A stretch of DNA of 34,444 nucleotides from Octopus bimaculoides (GCF_001194135.2 NC_068982.1:96168218-96202661); one strand, 5' to 3'; positions 1 to 11,721 are shown, numbered from the stretch's first letter. The notes: a model not told the origin generated them from the sequence alone. Made by a program: numbers and translations.

Positions 1-117
1 AAATCACCTAACCACGAAGAATATGTTCTCAAGAAAAAAATTTCAGCGTGGTTAGGTGATTTGGCATCTATTTCTAGCATATAGGAGTCCACTTTTGCTG
101 GTCATTCCTCTTAATTT

Positions 118-147
<30 letters not shown>

Positions 148-155
<8 letters not shown>

Positions 156-710
156 GTGATGGGTAAATTGTCACCATTTAATATTTTTAATTTCATGCTT
201 GCGCATTGTTTTTGATTTTGTCAACTACACAGTATCGGAGGGTCTGTTGGGCACCATCTGTGAGAAAAACAACACCATGACACAATTCACTCTGACAGAA
301 ATTTGTAAAAAACATACTGTACTGCTTGGCATTTGCATCGGAAGCTCCAATACGAACATTTCAGAGTGTTTGGGTGTCAATCTGAGGACATATACTGAGA
401 GTGAGAAAAATCAAACATCCAGTCAACATCATGGTGTCTGGAGTGATTAGTAATTTTGGTAACATTATACTTCCATTCATCTTCCCACATGGCCTCACAC
501 TCAACATGGAGGCCTACATCAAGTGCTGCCCTGGGTCGTCTGGAGGCTGTGGTTGAAGCTAATAGCGATTTTATTGAATATATTTATTCCTTAGTATTTC
601 AAGATACTTTTATGTAATTTTGGTAAATATATCTGTCAAAGTGAGATGTCAGTGTTTTTTTTTTTCATTTTTATGTAATTTAGATGACAGTTTATTCACC
701 ACACTCTGTA
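148..710 (+). mobile_element. Internally deleted IS630-Tc1-mariner DNA transposon
   Basis: Imperfect ~28-bp TIRs (148-175 and 683-710, 20/28 matches), both ends in (TA)n. Transposase remnants KHPVNIMVSGVISNFGNIILPFIFPHGLTLNMEAYIKC (from 413) and RLEAVVEANSDFIE. Confidence 0.82.
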
Positions 711-852
711 TATATATATACTTATATATTCCATATTTATATCCCCTTTATTTTTATATAAATTGTCTGTCTGTCTTCACACTTTTGTAATCACTATGTC
801 TCCATCATTGTATGAGTGTGCCTGTGTAAAAGAAGTTTTATTATCATTATTT

Positions 853-1077
853 AAGGCTTTGAGCTGGTAGAATTGCTAGCACGCCAGGCAAAATGCTAAA
901 CAGTATTTCATCTGTCTTCACGTTCTGAGTTCAAATTTCACTGAGGTCAACTTTTCCTTTCGTCCTTTCAAGGTCAATAAACTAAATACCAGTTGAGTAC
1001 TGGGATTAATGTAATCGACTATTCCCGTTCCCCAAATTTTGGGCCCTGTGCCTATAGTAGAAAGGATTATTATTATT
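853..1077 (+). mobile_element. tRNA-derived SINE (Octopus type, Nin/Deu-like core), near full length
   Basis: A-box-like GAGCTGGTAGAATTG, B-box-like GAGTTCAAAT, core CTTTTCCTTTCGTCCTTTCAAGGTCAATAAA, (TTA)n tail; homologous copies at ~1389 and ~2340. Confidence 0.8.
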
Positions 1078-1340
1078 TCGACCCTCTTCCTGTACATTCT
1101 GCAGAGGTCCAATGCAGTTGTGTGGTATATATTCTTTTTCACTGGGTTGGTATTCAATGCCTGGTCCTGGGCCGTGATGATTAGGCTTTCTGTATTCTTT
1201 TTTAGATCACCCTTGTTGAGCCACCTTCCTAGTCATTTAATTTATTGGTTTCACAGTGGAACTGACCATGTAATTCCATACGGAGTAGGGTTTCTTCTCT
1301 CACGTTAGCTGTTCTTGTTCAGAATTCATGAGCACTCTCA

Positions 1341-1386
1341 ATTATTATTATTATTATTATTATTATTATCATTATTATTATTATTA
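1341..1386. repeat. (TTA)n microsatellite
   Basis: Directly visible. Other simple repeats: (TA)n 119-150, 18922-18967, 32073-32116, 34410-34444; (CA)n 10517-10549, 14711-14747; (GT)n 14461-14483; (TAG)n ~31227-31252. Confidence 0.97.
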
Positions 1387-1388
1387 GC

Positions 1389-2290
1389 ATGGTGGAATGG
1401 CAGAATCATTAGAGCATTAGACAAAAATGCTTTGATATTTGTTCCGGCCTTTATGTCTGAATTCAAATCTTGCCAAGGTCAACTTTGCCTTCCATATTTT
1501 TGGGGATCAAATAATAGAATTGATCTCATCAACCAGACCCTCCCCTCAAAATTCTTATCTTGTACCTAGTGGTGGCTTGTAGATAAAATTAGTGGGGGTG
1601 CTGCTTCAGAAAATTTTTAGCCGTTGTTTTAATATTGTGTTAAAGGAAACAAACATAAAAAGAAAATTTATACATAAACTTGATCGGTTCGCGTTTTAGC
1701 CACTGCTGGGTAGTGTGTTTAATTTGTTCACTGAACACCACCATGAATACCCTCTTGTTTTTCAAAAATCCCACCTAAATCACAAAATAAGTGTGGCGAA
1801 ATGTGCCCTATTTTTCAAATCCTGGCAGCAACACTGAAGCTGGAAGCAGTATAATAATCTAATTCTACACTCTATCACATTCAAGGAATATAAACATGTT
1901 TTTAAGCACAACACATGCAGAGTCAAAAAGAAACACTACCTTTCACTGGAACACAAGAGTCGGCACTGTTGTTCACACAATGCTCTCTCTCCCTAGCGTG
2001 AAGCTTCCTATCTCGAACATGTGAGCATGCGCACAACAGCCAAACACTGTGTCGCTGGAACTGTGACGCATGCAGTTCTGTTCAAGGATTTTTGTATTTT
2101 TTTCATAAACTAGGGGATGGCTACTGACATTAAGCTTAAGGATTATATAATGTACAAGTATAAAGAAAGAATTAAAGAAAAAGGACTGATTATATTGAAT
2201 GTTATCGATAATCTCAAGTGGAAATAGGGGATGCTGCAGTTCCTATACACGTGTCATCACTGCTTGTACCTAAATTAGAAACTGTTTTAA
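1389..2290 (+). mobile_element. SINE of the same family, interrupted at 1567-2262 by a hAT insertion
   Basis: Homologous to 853-1077 over 1389-1566; its 3' end (TAAATTAGAAA) resumes at 2271 after the duplicated target. Confidence 0.7.
1567..2262. mobile_element. Non-autonomous hAT-type DNA transposon
   Basis: Perfect 8-bp TSD CTTGTACC (1559-1566 and 2263-2270); termini TAGTGGTGGC and, on the reverse strand, CAGTGATGAC; no ORF. Confidence 0.8.
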
Positions 2291-2339
2291 GTTGATGGAG
2301 TAGTAGAAATGGTAAAGTGTGAGATACAATACTTTGCAA

Positions 2340-2512
2340 CATTTAGTTATGGCACTTTGCAGTCTTGGTTCAAATCTTGTCAAAATCTACTTTGCCTTTC
2401 ATCTTGCTGGAGGTCAATAAAATAAGTACCAGTCACATACTGCAGTTGATTTAATCAGTCAACACCGTCTCCCAAACTTGTGGCCCTGTGCCTATGTTAG
2501 GAACAATTATTA
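2340..2512 (+). mobile_element. Degenerate SINE (family of 853-1077)
   Basis: GGTTCAAATCTTG...TTTGCCTTTCATC...GTCAATAAAATAAGTACCAG...GGCCCTGTGCCTATG. Confidence 0.75.
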
Positions 2513-3113
2513 TATTGTGTTGTTAACCTTCATACAATGTTTCTATTGTAGTTCTAAAACATGTGTGCAATATTGTCTTTTGTATGCTACATCTGTTTCA
2601 TTGTGTCGTTAGTATTATTTTGCTGTTTCTTATGTTAAAACTGTGTTGTATCTTCTGTGGTCTATATGTGTTATGTGAATTGTGTTAATTTGTTGGGTGG
2701 TGATTGTATTACATATGTTGTATACATTGTGTTAAATAAGGAGAGGGTAACAAGTGTGTAGAGTATTGTGTTATATTATTGGGTAACAATTGTTTACAAC
2801 ATGGAGTGTGTCAGTTTGTAGTGGTGCATGAGATATCTTATAGGTGTTGGTTATGTCTGGTTATGTATGTAATGCGTTATTTTATTATGTAGTAATTGTA
2901 GTGTATGAATTATGTGGGCTTTATTATATTATGCGGGTGGTGATTGTATAAAGCAGTGGTTTTCAATATTTTGTTTTCACAGTATACTGGAAATCAGACA
3001 AAACAATTACTGGCACACTTCACATGAAGGTTAAAAATTGCTGGCTCACTCTGCAAGCAAAATTAAAAATATAAAGAAAAATATAAAAAAAAAAAACTAC
3101 AACATGCCTTTAA

Positions 3114-3309
3114 CCCTTTAGCATTCAGATGACTCAGTCACATGCAGTGCTTATTTTTACATATTGTTTTTTAGAATTAATCATGAATTATAATTGTAGC
3201 TTCGAGAAAATGACACATTTGGATAGGTGTAAGAGGCTGGTTCTAGTCAGTTTGATTATAAACAAGTAGAATATTTGAGCTGGATATGGCTGATTTAAAT
3301 GCTAAAGGG
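3114..3309. mobile_element. piggyBac-type MITE
   Basis: TTAA on both sides (3110-3113, 3310-3313) and perfect 12-bp TIRs CCCTTTAGCATT / AATGCTAAAGGG. Confidence 0.88.
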
Positions 3310-4467
3310 TTAACACATTCTTCTAAACACTCAAGCATTAGTATGAAGTTTCTAAAAGCTGAAATTATATTTTTGAAAATCTACGGTGAACTATTCCATA
3401 CAGGAACCACTGCTGTAGAATGTGTTGTGAGAGCTATTTTATTGAGTGGTGACTGCATAGAATATTTGTGTTGTGCAGAGAGTGCACTGTGAGAATTATT
3501 ATTGTCTATGATTTTGTGTTTTGAAACCATACCTAATTTATTATTACAATTGATCGTGTATTCCCATAGTGTATCAGGAGGGCCTCCTAGAAAACTTAGG
3601 AAAGGAGAAACAAGACAGCTTTTTTTTCTCCAGGAGTATTAGTCCTCTCAAAATTAAAGTGGGGGTGTTGAGATTTTTTTTTATGAAGGTCCCAATAAAT
3701 TGCTACCAACCTTCTATGAATATCCATACCCTGAACTGATGTAATATCTGAATCCCCCTTACTTTTGAGAAACAAATAATGATTGGTGACAGGAAGCACA
3801 TCCAACCATAAAATCCCATCTCCAATAACTCCTGTCTGAACTCATGTCTTCATGAACAAGCATATGACATACTATACTCAGTTTATTCATCAAAAATTAC
3901 TGCTACACAGCATTTTGCTTCTCATACTACTTAAAATAGTGTACCTTACAAATAGGAAAGCTTTTTGTTGCCGTAAAAATAGCTTTTCTCCTGACATTTT
4001 AGACTTCTACCATTCCTTTTGAACTTGTATAATACCACTGGCTTTTCTTTTTGCTCTAATTCCATTGTCACCTCGATAACAAAAACTAATTTACTGTTTC
4101 CACTGCTTATTACTTAACTATCTGAAATAGCCTTTGAAATATACTTGAGCAATAGGGGTTTTCTGTTGTTGTTTTTTTAAGATTTAACCAATGATTAAAT
4201 CGAAGTTTTGGGGCCAATGTCTAGCATCATCATCAACTTTATCATCATCTCTACACCTTTTATTTCTATGCTTTGGTGAGTCGAATAGGTCTGTCTCAAG
4301 CTGAAAACTTCTGTGCAAGGTTGGTACAGCTTTCAAATATATAGCTTGGGAATATAAATCAAAATTTATAAAATTGAGATTAATATCTTATAGGTACAGC
4401 TTTCAAAATAGCTTTTTGAAATTATATGGAAGGTGCTCGAACTATCTAAGCATGGAGATTGGAGGTT

Positions 4468-4468
4468 T

Positions 4469-4514
<46 letters not shown>
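4468..4514. repeat. (TA)n microsatellite running into assembly gap 4515-5034
   Basis: Directly visible. Confidence 0.98.
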
Positions 4515-5506
4515 NNNNNNNNNNNNNNNNNNNNNNNNNNNNNNNNNNNNNNNNNNNNNNNNNNNNNNNNNNNNNNNNNNNNNNNNNNNNNNNNNNNNNN
4601 NNNNNNNNNNNNNNNNNNNNNNNNNNNNNNNNNNNNNNNNNNNNNNNNNNNNNNNNNNNNNNNNNNNNNNNNNNNNNNNNNNNNNNNNNNNNNNNNNNNN
4701 NNNNNNNNNNNNNNNNNNNNNNNNNNNNNNNNNNNNNNNNNNNNNNNNNNNNNNNNNNNNNNNNNNNNNNNNNNNNNNNNNNNNNNNNNNNNNNNNNNNN
4801 NNNNNNNNNNNNNNNNNNNNNNNNNNNNNNNNNNNNNNNNNNNNNNNNNNNNNNNNNNNNNNNNNNNNNNNNNNNNNNNNNNNNNNNNNNNNNNNNNNNN
4901 NNNNNNNNNNNNNNNNNNNNNNNNNNNNNNNNNNNNNNNNNNNNNNNNNNNNNNNNNNNNNNNNNNNNNNNNNNNNNNNNNNNNNNNNNNNNNNNNNNNN
5001 NNNNNNNNNNNNNNNNNNNNNNNNNNNNNNNNNNTTTCTTGCTGGCCAGCAATAGAGCATGGACGTGTTTAGCTGTCACTCTCCATCTTTCGGACTTGCA
5101 CTCGACAGCTCGCTTACATCTACATACCAACGTCCTAACAACTATGCTCACACACACAGAAGCTGTAACAACAAACAAGAGCTAAAGATGTATATATTTA
5201 CCACCTGAATAAATGTTGTTTAAGTTGATAGTCCGGAGTTCAGCGTTCCGTTATATTCTTAATTTTATATAGGAAAGTCAGGTATACATCTAATGATGGA
5301 TAACCAACTTTCCTATAATATAATCTGGGATATACTATAGGTAGAAAAAAAGATAGGAACATTATAACTGGAGTGTTTTTGAACATAGGTTTATTCAACT
5401 AGCATCAATTTTAGATTAAACAGCAATAACAAGCATGGAACAATAATTTTCTTTATTTACATTCTCTTCTCCAGTTATATCCTAAGTAAATGAAGTTACT
5501 GCTCCA

Positions 5507-5747
5507 ATGGAGGTGGTTGTGGCTGTAATTAAGCCCCAAAAAAGTGTCAGCAGTTTCTCTTCTCGAGAGTTTCATCCCAGCAACTATTCCATTTTATTAG
5601 TGGAGAGTAAAGCTGCTTTGCATGCTGAATGGGGCAAACCTATCCGCTCTCTACCCATGTTCTCTCTGAAGAGAGATGAAGAACCGAGAGAGGTGATTCT
5701 TAACTACCTTTACCAGATGACTGGAGAAAAATCAGATGGTATCAAAG
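5507..5747 (+). CDS. KRIT1: KRIT1/CCM1 orthologue, coding exon 1 (start; Nudix-like N-terminal domain)
   Basis: MEVVVAVIKPQKSVSSFSSREFHPSNYSILLVE...GIK resembles human [28 protein letters not shown]. Acceptor ccAG at 5473-5474, in-frame TAA at 5483-5485 upstream of the ATG, donor G|GTAAGC at 5748 (phase 1). Confidence 0.9.
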
Positions 5748-6651
5748 GTAAGCTGGGGTTTTTTTTTGTTTCTTTTTTTCAATTTAACTTTATGAAAAAT
5801 TATTGTTATGCTGTGGATATAAACATGATTTTATGCACACGTCCATATATATGTGTGCCTCTGTGTTACTTCAGTTTATTTTAGCTATTACAAGTACATG
5901 TTGGATTGTGTATATTTTATCATTCTAATAATTTCCCCATGTTTACATTATTTTAGAGGCTTTATTTCTTTGAAGTTAAAAAGTGATAAATTGAAACTTT
6001 ATTATTGGTATTGTGCCACTGATCAAACATATACCGTATTTTTGTATATGTAAGGTACGCCACAATTTCGGCAAGCCTAATCTGCAAGAAAAACCTGCAG
6101 CCAAACCCAAATCACCAAGCTGAATATTTCACATTTTCATATATAGGAACCATGAAAATTTAGACTGATGCCCTTTTGTAAGCTATTTATGGTAGGCTAA
6201 GTTGCAATACTTTCCTTAACTCTATATAAGGTGGTGAGGGACTTTTGAGGGGAATTTCCGGATAAGAATGTGTGCTTTACATACCAGAAAATATGGTAAC
6301 TGCTTGCTTCAGTCACCTAACTCAAAGATTTCATTTAACTGTATATTTAGTGCAGCTAAAAGAATATTCAACAGTAAAACACCAATGATTGAAAGTGGAC
6401 AAAATTTTTCAAAACTAAAATACTTCAGTAAAAATATTTCAAAATCAGTAATTTTTGTACAAATATTGTATTTTTATACTTTATGTATTCAGCCTTTCAC
6501 CACCACACATTTTTGTATGCGCTGTTCAGTCATTTTTAAGTCAGAAATCTAAATTCTAAAATCTTGAGGACAAGCATGTCATTAAACCAGTGAGAGATAA
6601 CTTTCATCTTGGAGTGGATCCCCATCTGTTATCAATAACATTCCTAGGATA

Positions 6652-6990
6652 TCCAGAGATGTGTGGTTAAGAAGTTTGTTTCACAACCACATGGTTTTGG
6701 GTTCAGTCCCATTGCATGTCAACTTGGACAAGTATCTTCTGCTATTTCCCTAGAGCAATCAAATCCTTGTGGGTGGATTTGGTAGTGGGGAAACTATAAA
6801 AAAAAAACCCATCATATACATGTATGTGTATTTGTGCCCCCTTGTTTTGACATGTGATAGCTGTCATTCATTTCCAATATTTTGTGAGAACATGGAAACA
6901 GGTGAGGGTTAATAACAAGACAATTGGCTGTTGAAGATCTGACTCATGCAAGCATGGAAGAGTGGACATTAAAATGATAATGAGTCTTGA
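6652..6990 (+). mobile_element. Degenerate tRNA-derived SINE (second family) with RTE-like 3' tail
   Basis: GTGTGGTTAAGAAG...GGTTCAGTCCC head; 3' CATGCAAGCATGGAAGAGTGGACATTAAAATGAT matches the RTE tail at 21455-21490; related copies at 13876, 22122 and 9480 (-). Confidence 0.7.
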
Positions 6991-8417
6991 TAGTGGAGGC
7001 AACTTGGGAGAAGTGGTGATATAAATTAAAAGAAAGAGCTGCAGTTTGTAAATAAAAATTAGTATATAGATTACAGTTCTCTTATTTATTAAATTATTAC
7101 AATAATAGTTTAGCATGGAACTTTAAAATTATTAGAGGTATCTGATGGATTTGATGTTGTCCGGTTCCAATTTTTTTATATATGTTTCTCCTCTGAGTTT
7201 CCAAATTTACAAAACCATCAAAGATAGCAAACTATATTTTAGCTATTGCCATCTCCTCTATGTTGGGCTTATTGTCCAAGAATTCAGATGACATTTAAAG
7301 GAATATTTAGTTGTTGCACTTTAAGCATTGTAAATATGGGCTTTTATTACAGGTTTTCTTGTGATTGCTTAATATTCACAGTTAACTTTACTGGAAAAGA
7401 TGCTTAGTATTGAGAGCCAATTGAATAGTTAGAGGAAAAAACCAAAAAAACTGCAATACTGTGGATACTCTGTTTCAATTTGATCTGAAAACATGCAGAC
7501 CCTTCTGAACATACACTCATCCTAACCTATTAAATTAGGAAAGAACACATTGGATAATATAGCCCTATGTATCCTTAAAACTATCAGATGGTCATAGCTC
7601 TGTCACAGCATACTTGGGGTTAAACATCATCATGTTGCTTAGTTGTGTGGGATCAAACTAATATGCATCCGCTTACATCCAGCATATTTTAGTATGTTAA
7701 AATGTTTGGGCAAGTGCATTATAGTACTAATACACATTTTGTTTTTTTACTACTCTGAGTTTCTCAATTGGCAGTCTTCCAGGCAACAGAGTGAAACTTC
7801 TGCTTTCAGTAAATGAATAAATGAACTCTACAGCTGTATACTGAGTATGAGTACACTCTTCATCTTTCATTTACATATTCCAAAATACAGACATACTCAC
7901 AATGTATTTATGCATGGATGGAGAGAGGGTCCAACCTAGCACTGGTTTGACCATTAAAATAAGCATATGCTTAGAGCATCAAGGGAAGCAGAGCACCACA
8001 GAAATGGTAAATGGTTTTATGGCACAAGGAAATCACTTAAAACTTGCTAAAATAATATTTATGTAATTGGAAATGTAATTTTGAAGTGTTCATGGTGTCA
8101 TGGTAAAGCTCTGATCAAAGACTTTGCAATTAAAAAAATGTAGGAGAAAACTTTTCAAATATAAATAAAAAAAGTGGAAGTATACAAAACTAAACACTAT
8201 TTTCCATCTTGCTGTTAGTTTAGTTTCAGTTTGAGAAATAAATAATTTACATTATGGTCTGTTTATATTTTGAATTATATATATTTAGGAGAATCAAAAT
8301 CTTTTACATGCTTAGGGCCTCTATGGGTTTTAATCCTATGTTATCTTGAAAAACTGGTTTATGAAAAGAACAATGATACATTGTGTAATCATTATATTCT
8401 ATGTTAATTTTTTTTTC

Positions 8418-8642
8418 CTGAATGTTTGTATGGGTTGTCTCACACTTATCACAGTCCTTTGTTATCTGGCACACATAGCAACAGAGGAAACAACCACTCT
8501 TTGTTGTTATATATAGCATGATTTTTATGGTTGGATGCCCTTCCTATCACCATTTAACACCAGTACTGTACACAACTGCACCGGTATTGCAATAGTGATT
8601 GATGAAACAAACAAAATGAAACCCATTAATCCAGGAAATCTG
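8418..8642 (+). repeat. Copy 1 of a ~220-bp direct intronic duplication
   Basis: Collinear with 10896-11116, with long identical blocks such as CTGCACCGGTATTGCAATAGTGATTGA and AAAATGAAACCCATTAATCCAGGAAATCTG. Confidence 0.95.
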
Positions 8643-8758
8643 TAATTTTTATTAAATGTCATTAACAACTCAATACTGAGAAATAATGTGTGAGGAGATT
8701 TTACTAATTATCTTTGTTGTTTGCTTTCCTAAGTTTAGAATTTTTTTCTTTTTAATAG

Positions 8759-8866
8759 GTGAACGTGCCTTACCTGTCCGAACTAGCCGTGATATGTTAT
8801 TAAATTATCAAAATAATTATTCCGCTATGAAACTGTACTGTGTTCCAATCACCCATAACCATAACA
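8759..8866 (+). CDS. KRIT1: KRIT1 coding exon 2
   Basis: T-tract, tAG acceptor; (G)ERALPVRTSRDMLLNYQNNYSAMKLYCVPITHNHN resembles human GKRVV...ASLFIVP; donor GTAAGT; phase 1 to 1. Confidence 0.85.
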
Positions 8867-9479
8867 GTAAGTACATTTGATAAATATATCATCATCATCA
8901 TCATCCATCATCAGTGTAATGCGTATTTGACAATTCCAATTTTGGTTGGATAACTGTTTTATTCAAAAGCGTTATCATGACTTGATGGCCTACCTAACAT
9001 CAAACATAGTGATAGTTTTGTGTCTGTTAGTAGCTGTATTGTTTCCTTGGATTTTAAACTTTTCAGTATTTTTGGTGACCAAGTTGCAGTTTGTGTGATG
9101 AAAATTTTGACAGTATATAACAAATAATAACTATTTAAGTGAAGTTGACAGTCTTGTCACTTATGAATAGCCAGATTAAAACACCATTTAAAAACAGATA
9201 TCACCATAACTGAAATATTGTTTTGTTTGTATGTCTATTTTTCCATGCCAATATGGGCTAGACAAATACATATTATTGAAGCATTATTTTGTAGCAGGCT
9301 GCTATTCCTATCACTAATTTTTACCTATTTTTTGAATAAAGGATTTTTTATTTCGCATATCTTTGAAAATGCAGAGTTAGTGAATGACTAATTGACAGGG
9401 AATGAAAAACTTCATTATTTGTAGCTCACCACTTTAACATGCCAAGTGCATTCACACACACATGCACATGCACACACAC

Positions 9480-9612
9480 ATACACACACACAGAGGCTTT
9501 GCAATTTATTGACCAAATTGATTCGCAGGGCTCTCCTCTGAAGTACAGCACAGTGGAATTGAACCCAAAACTATGGTGTTGAGAAGCAGACTTCTTACGC
9601 ATACAGCTACTA
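9480..9612 (-). mobile_element. SINE 5' fragment
   Basis: Reverse-complemented tRNA-like head (…GGAATTGAACCC…CTTACGCATACAGC) beside a (CA)n tract. Confidence 0.55.
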
Positions 9613-9888
9613 TCTGTGCTTATGATGTGTAAATATTTATTACAGACCGTATTTACAATTACTGTTTCATCAGTGCTTAAAAGTATATTATGAGAGAAAG
9701 AGGACAGAAATTCTTTTAATTACTATGTTGAATGAAACTCCAATTACATCAGAGTTTAATTATATTTTTTGGAGAAATGACCAAAAAGTTTTGAGTTGAC
9801 AAAAGGACTAGAAATATTTTGTGCCTTTAACCAGGATAAAGAGCAATGTCCTTAATTTTTGAAAGACTTCCAAGGGACCTGATATTGA

Positions 9889-10027
9889 CAGTGCTTTCTT
9901 AAAGCATAGGTACACTGGGCAGTTGTTGTAGGAGCCCCATGCTTATCTGTGTATGTTGTGGTTATGTATAGAGGGGCCCTAGTGCATTGCTTTGCCTGAG
10001 GGTGTAAAATGCTTTATAGACAGACTG
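9889..10027. mobile_element. Short hAT-like MITE
   Basis: Termini CAGTGCTTTCTTAAAGCAT and reverse-strand CAGTCTGTCTATAAAGCAT; homologous to 32580-32748 in opposite orientation; no TSD retained. Confidence 0.65.
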
Positions 10028-10290
10028 GTATGGGGAAAAAGGTAGGAAGCACCACAGTTATCCTCTGACCTGATTTCAATGCTTGCAACATTCTATAGTC
10101 ATTGGCTGGTGTTTGCATAAAGGGTTGGTTTGTTGGGTTGAACATGTTATATCTATGAATGGTAAATGTTGAGTGTAAAGCTGTTGTGAAATGGTTCATC
10201 AGATAGAAAGTACATGGAGTAGAGATAGACCAATAGAGACATGATATGAATTTGATATATCAGAAATTAGAAAGTTCTACTTCACAGATG

Positions 10291-10516
10291 TCATCATCAT
10301 CAGTTTAATGTTCACTTTTCTATGCTTGCTTGGATCAGACATAGTTTGTTGAAGCAGGCTTTCTATGGCCAGATGCTGTTCTTGTTGCCAACCTTCACCT
10401 TTTACTAAGCAAGGTGATATTTTCCCAGTGCTAGGCATACTTTCACAGAAGACTGGAGATGAGAGGCACCACTTGTATTTTGGTGACTTATAACTATCAT
10501 GTAATGTCAAAATGAA
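10291..10516 (-). mobile_element. RTE-tail SINE/LINE 3' fragment
   Basis: (TCA)n then TTTAATGTTCACTTTTCTATGCTTGCTTGG, the reverse complement of the RTE tail. Confidence 0.7.
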
Positions 10517-10551
<35 letters not shown>

Positions 10552-10639
10552 CAAGCTTCTTTTAGTTTCTTTCTTGCAAATCCACACACAGGGCTTGATA
10601 TCTCAGAAATTATAACTAATAGTGTAATTTACTTTTCAG

Positions 10640-10760
10640 ATAATATTGAAAAATCAGTGACAGCAAATATGGCGTTCTTTTCTCTTGATATTGTTTTGGA
10701 AGGAGGCAAAAATTTCACTTGTACCCCTACAACCTTGACTCTTCTATTCACCTTAAAAAA
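10640..10760 (+). CDS. KRIT1: KRIT1 coding exon 3
   Basis: ttttcAG acceptor; NIEKSVTANMAFFSLDIVLEGGKNFTCTPTTLTLLFTLK resembles human PIFYCLQDIM...MLIALDK; donor GTATGT; phase 1 to 2. Confidence 0.85.
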
Positions 10761-10895
10761 GTATGTAATTTCTTATTTAATTTCTTATTTAATGCTTCCT
10801 TGAGGGAAGGTTGAGGTTATAATGACTGTTACAACCTACATGTAGTTACTTCTTTGTTTTGCATTTAAATATCCTATAAAATTTCACAACTGTTA

Positions 10896-11116
10896 CTGTA
10901 TGTTTGCATGGATTGTGTCTCACACTTATCACGGTGCCTTGTTATGTGGCACACATAGCAACAGGAAACAACCACCCTTTGTTGTTATATATGGCATGAT
11001 TTTTATGGTTGAATGTCCTTCCTATCACCATATAACACCAGTCTGTATACTACTGCACCGGTATTGCAATAGTGATTGAAACAAGCAAAATGAAACCCAT
11101 TAATCCAGGAAATCTG
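10896..11116 (+). repeat. Copy 2 of the ~220-bp direct intronic duplication
   Basis: See 8418-8642. Confidence 0.95.
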
Positions 11117-11721
11117 GAATAGCTAACAAACAATCAGACACTTCATAAAATTTGTGAAATAAAATGGTGTACCTCAAGGAGAGGTAACTTCTGATGTTTT
11201 GAGCAGTATTTTTCAAATTTTAACTGTTTCTTTCTGACAAATTTTTATGGGTTTTGCTGACAGGCAATCACTAGTTTCTTCAACACTAGTTTGTTTTCTT
11301 TACAGTTGAACATGGTACATTAACTCTGCCCAGCTCTGCATCACAACTTTGAAAATAAATCTCACTTGGTTTTTTAATCTAGTGATAGGAAATTATACCT
11401 GCTGCAGCAATTCATTCATATCCAAATTTATTGAAAGCATCCAAATAGATGAAATAAAGACCTGTATTTATATTAAACTTCTGAATAATGTGACGTGGAT
11501 CAATAACAAGCTGTCATCTACAGAGGATGCTTGCCTACCACTGCTTAACTTTCTTGAAGACTTGATAAATTTAGTAAACTGAGACACTCTTAAGAGTGGA
11601 ACTTTTTTTTATTTTAATCAACCATTGATATTATATGTATATAAAGCAATTTCCTTTTTAAATTTCATATCTTTTTTTTTACTACATTCTAAGTTTGTTT
11701 TTTCTTTTTACTGTTAATTAG

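Noticed and set aside
3596-3805. Possible exon of a divergent minus-strand gene
   Set aside because: No recognisable homology, and its start overlaps a SINE-tail remnant.
4374-5185. Long ORFs spanning the first gap
   Set aside because: Artefacts of N runs and (TA)n; no coding evidence.
11160-11600. Possible ancient hAT transposase remnant on the minus strand
   Set aside because: Only vague resemblance by eye; needs a translated HMM search.
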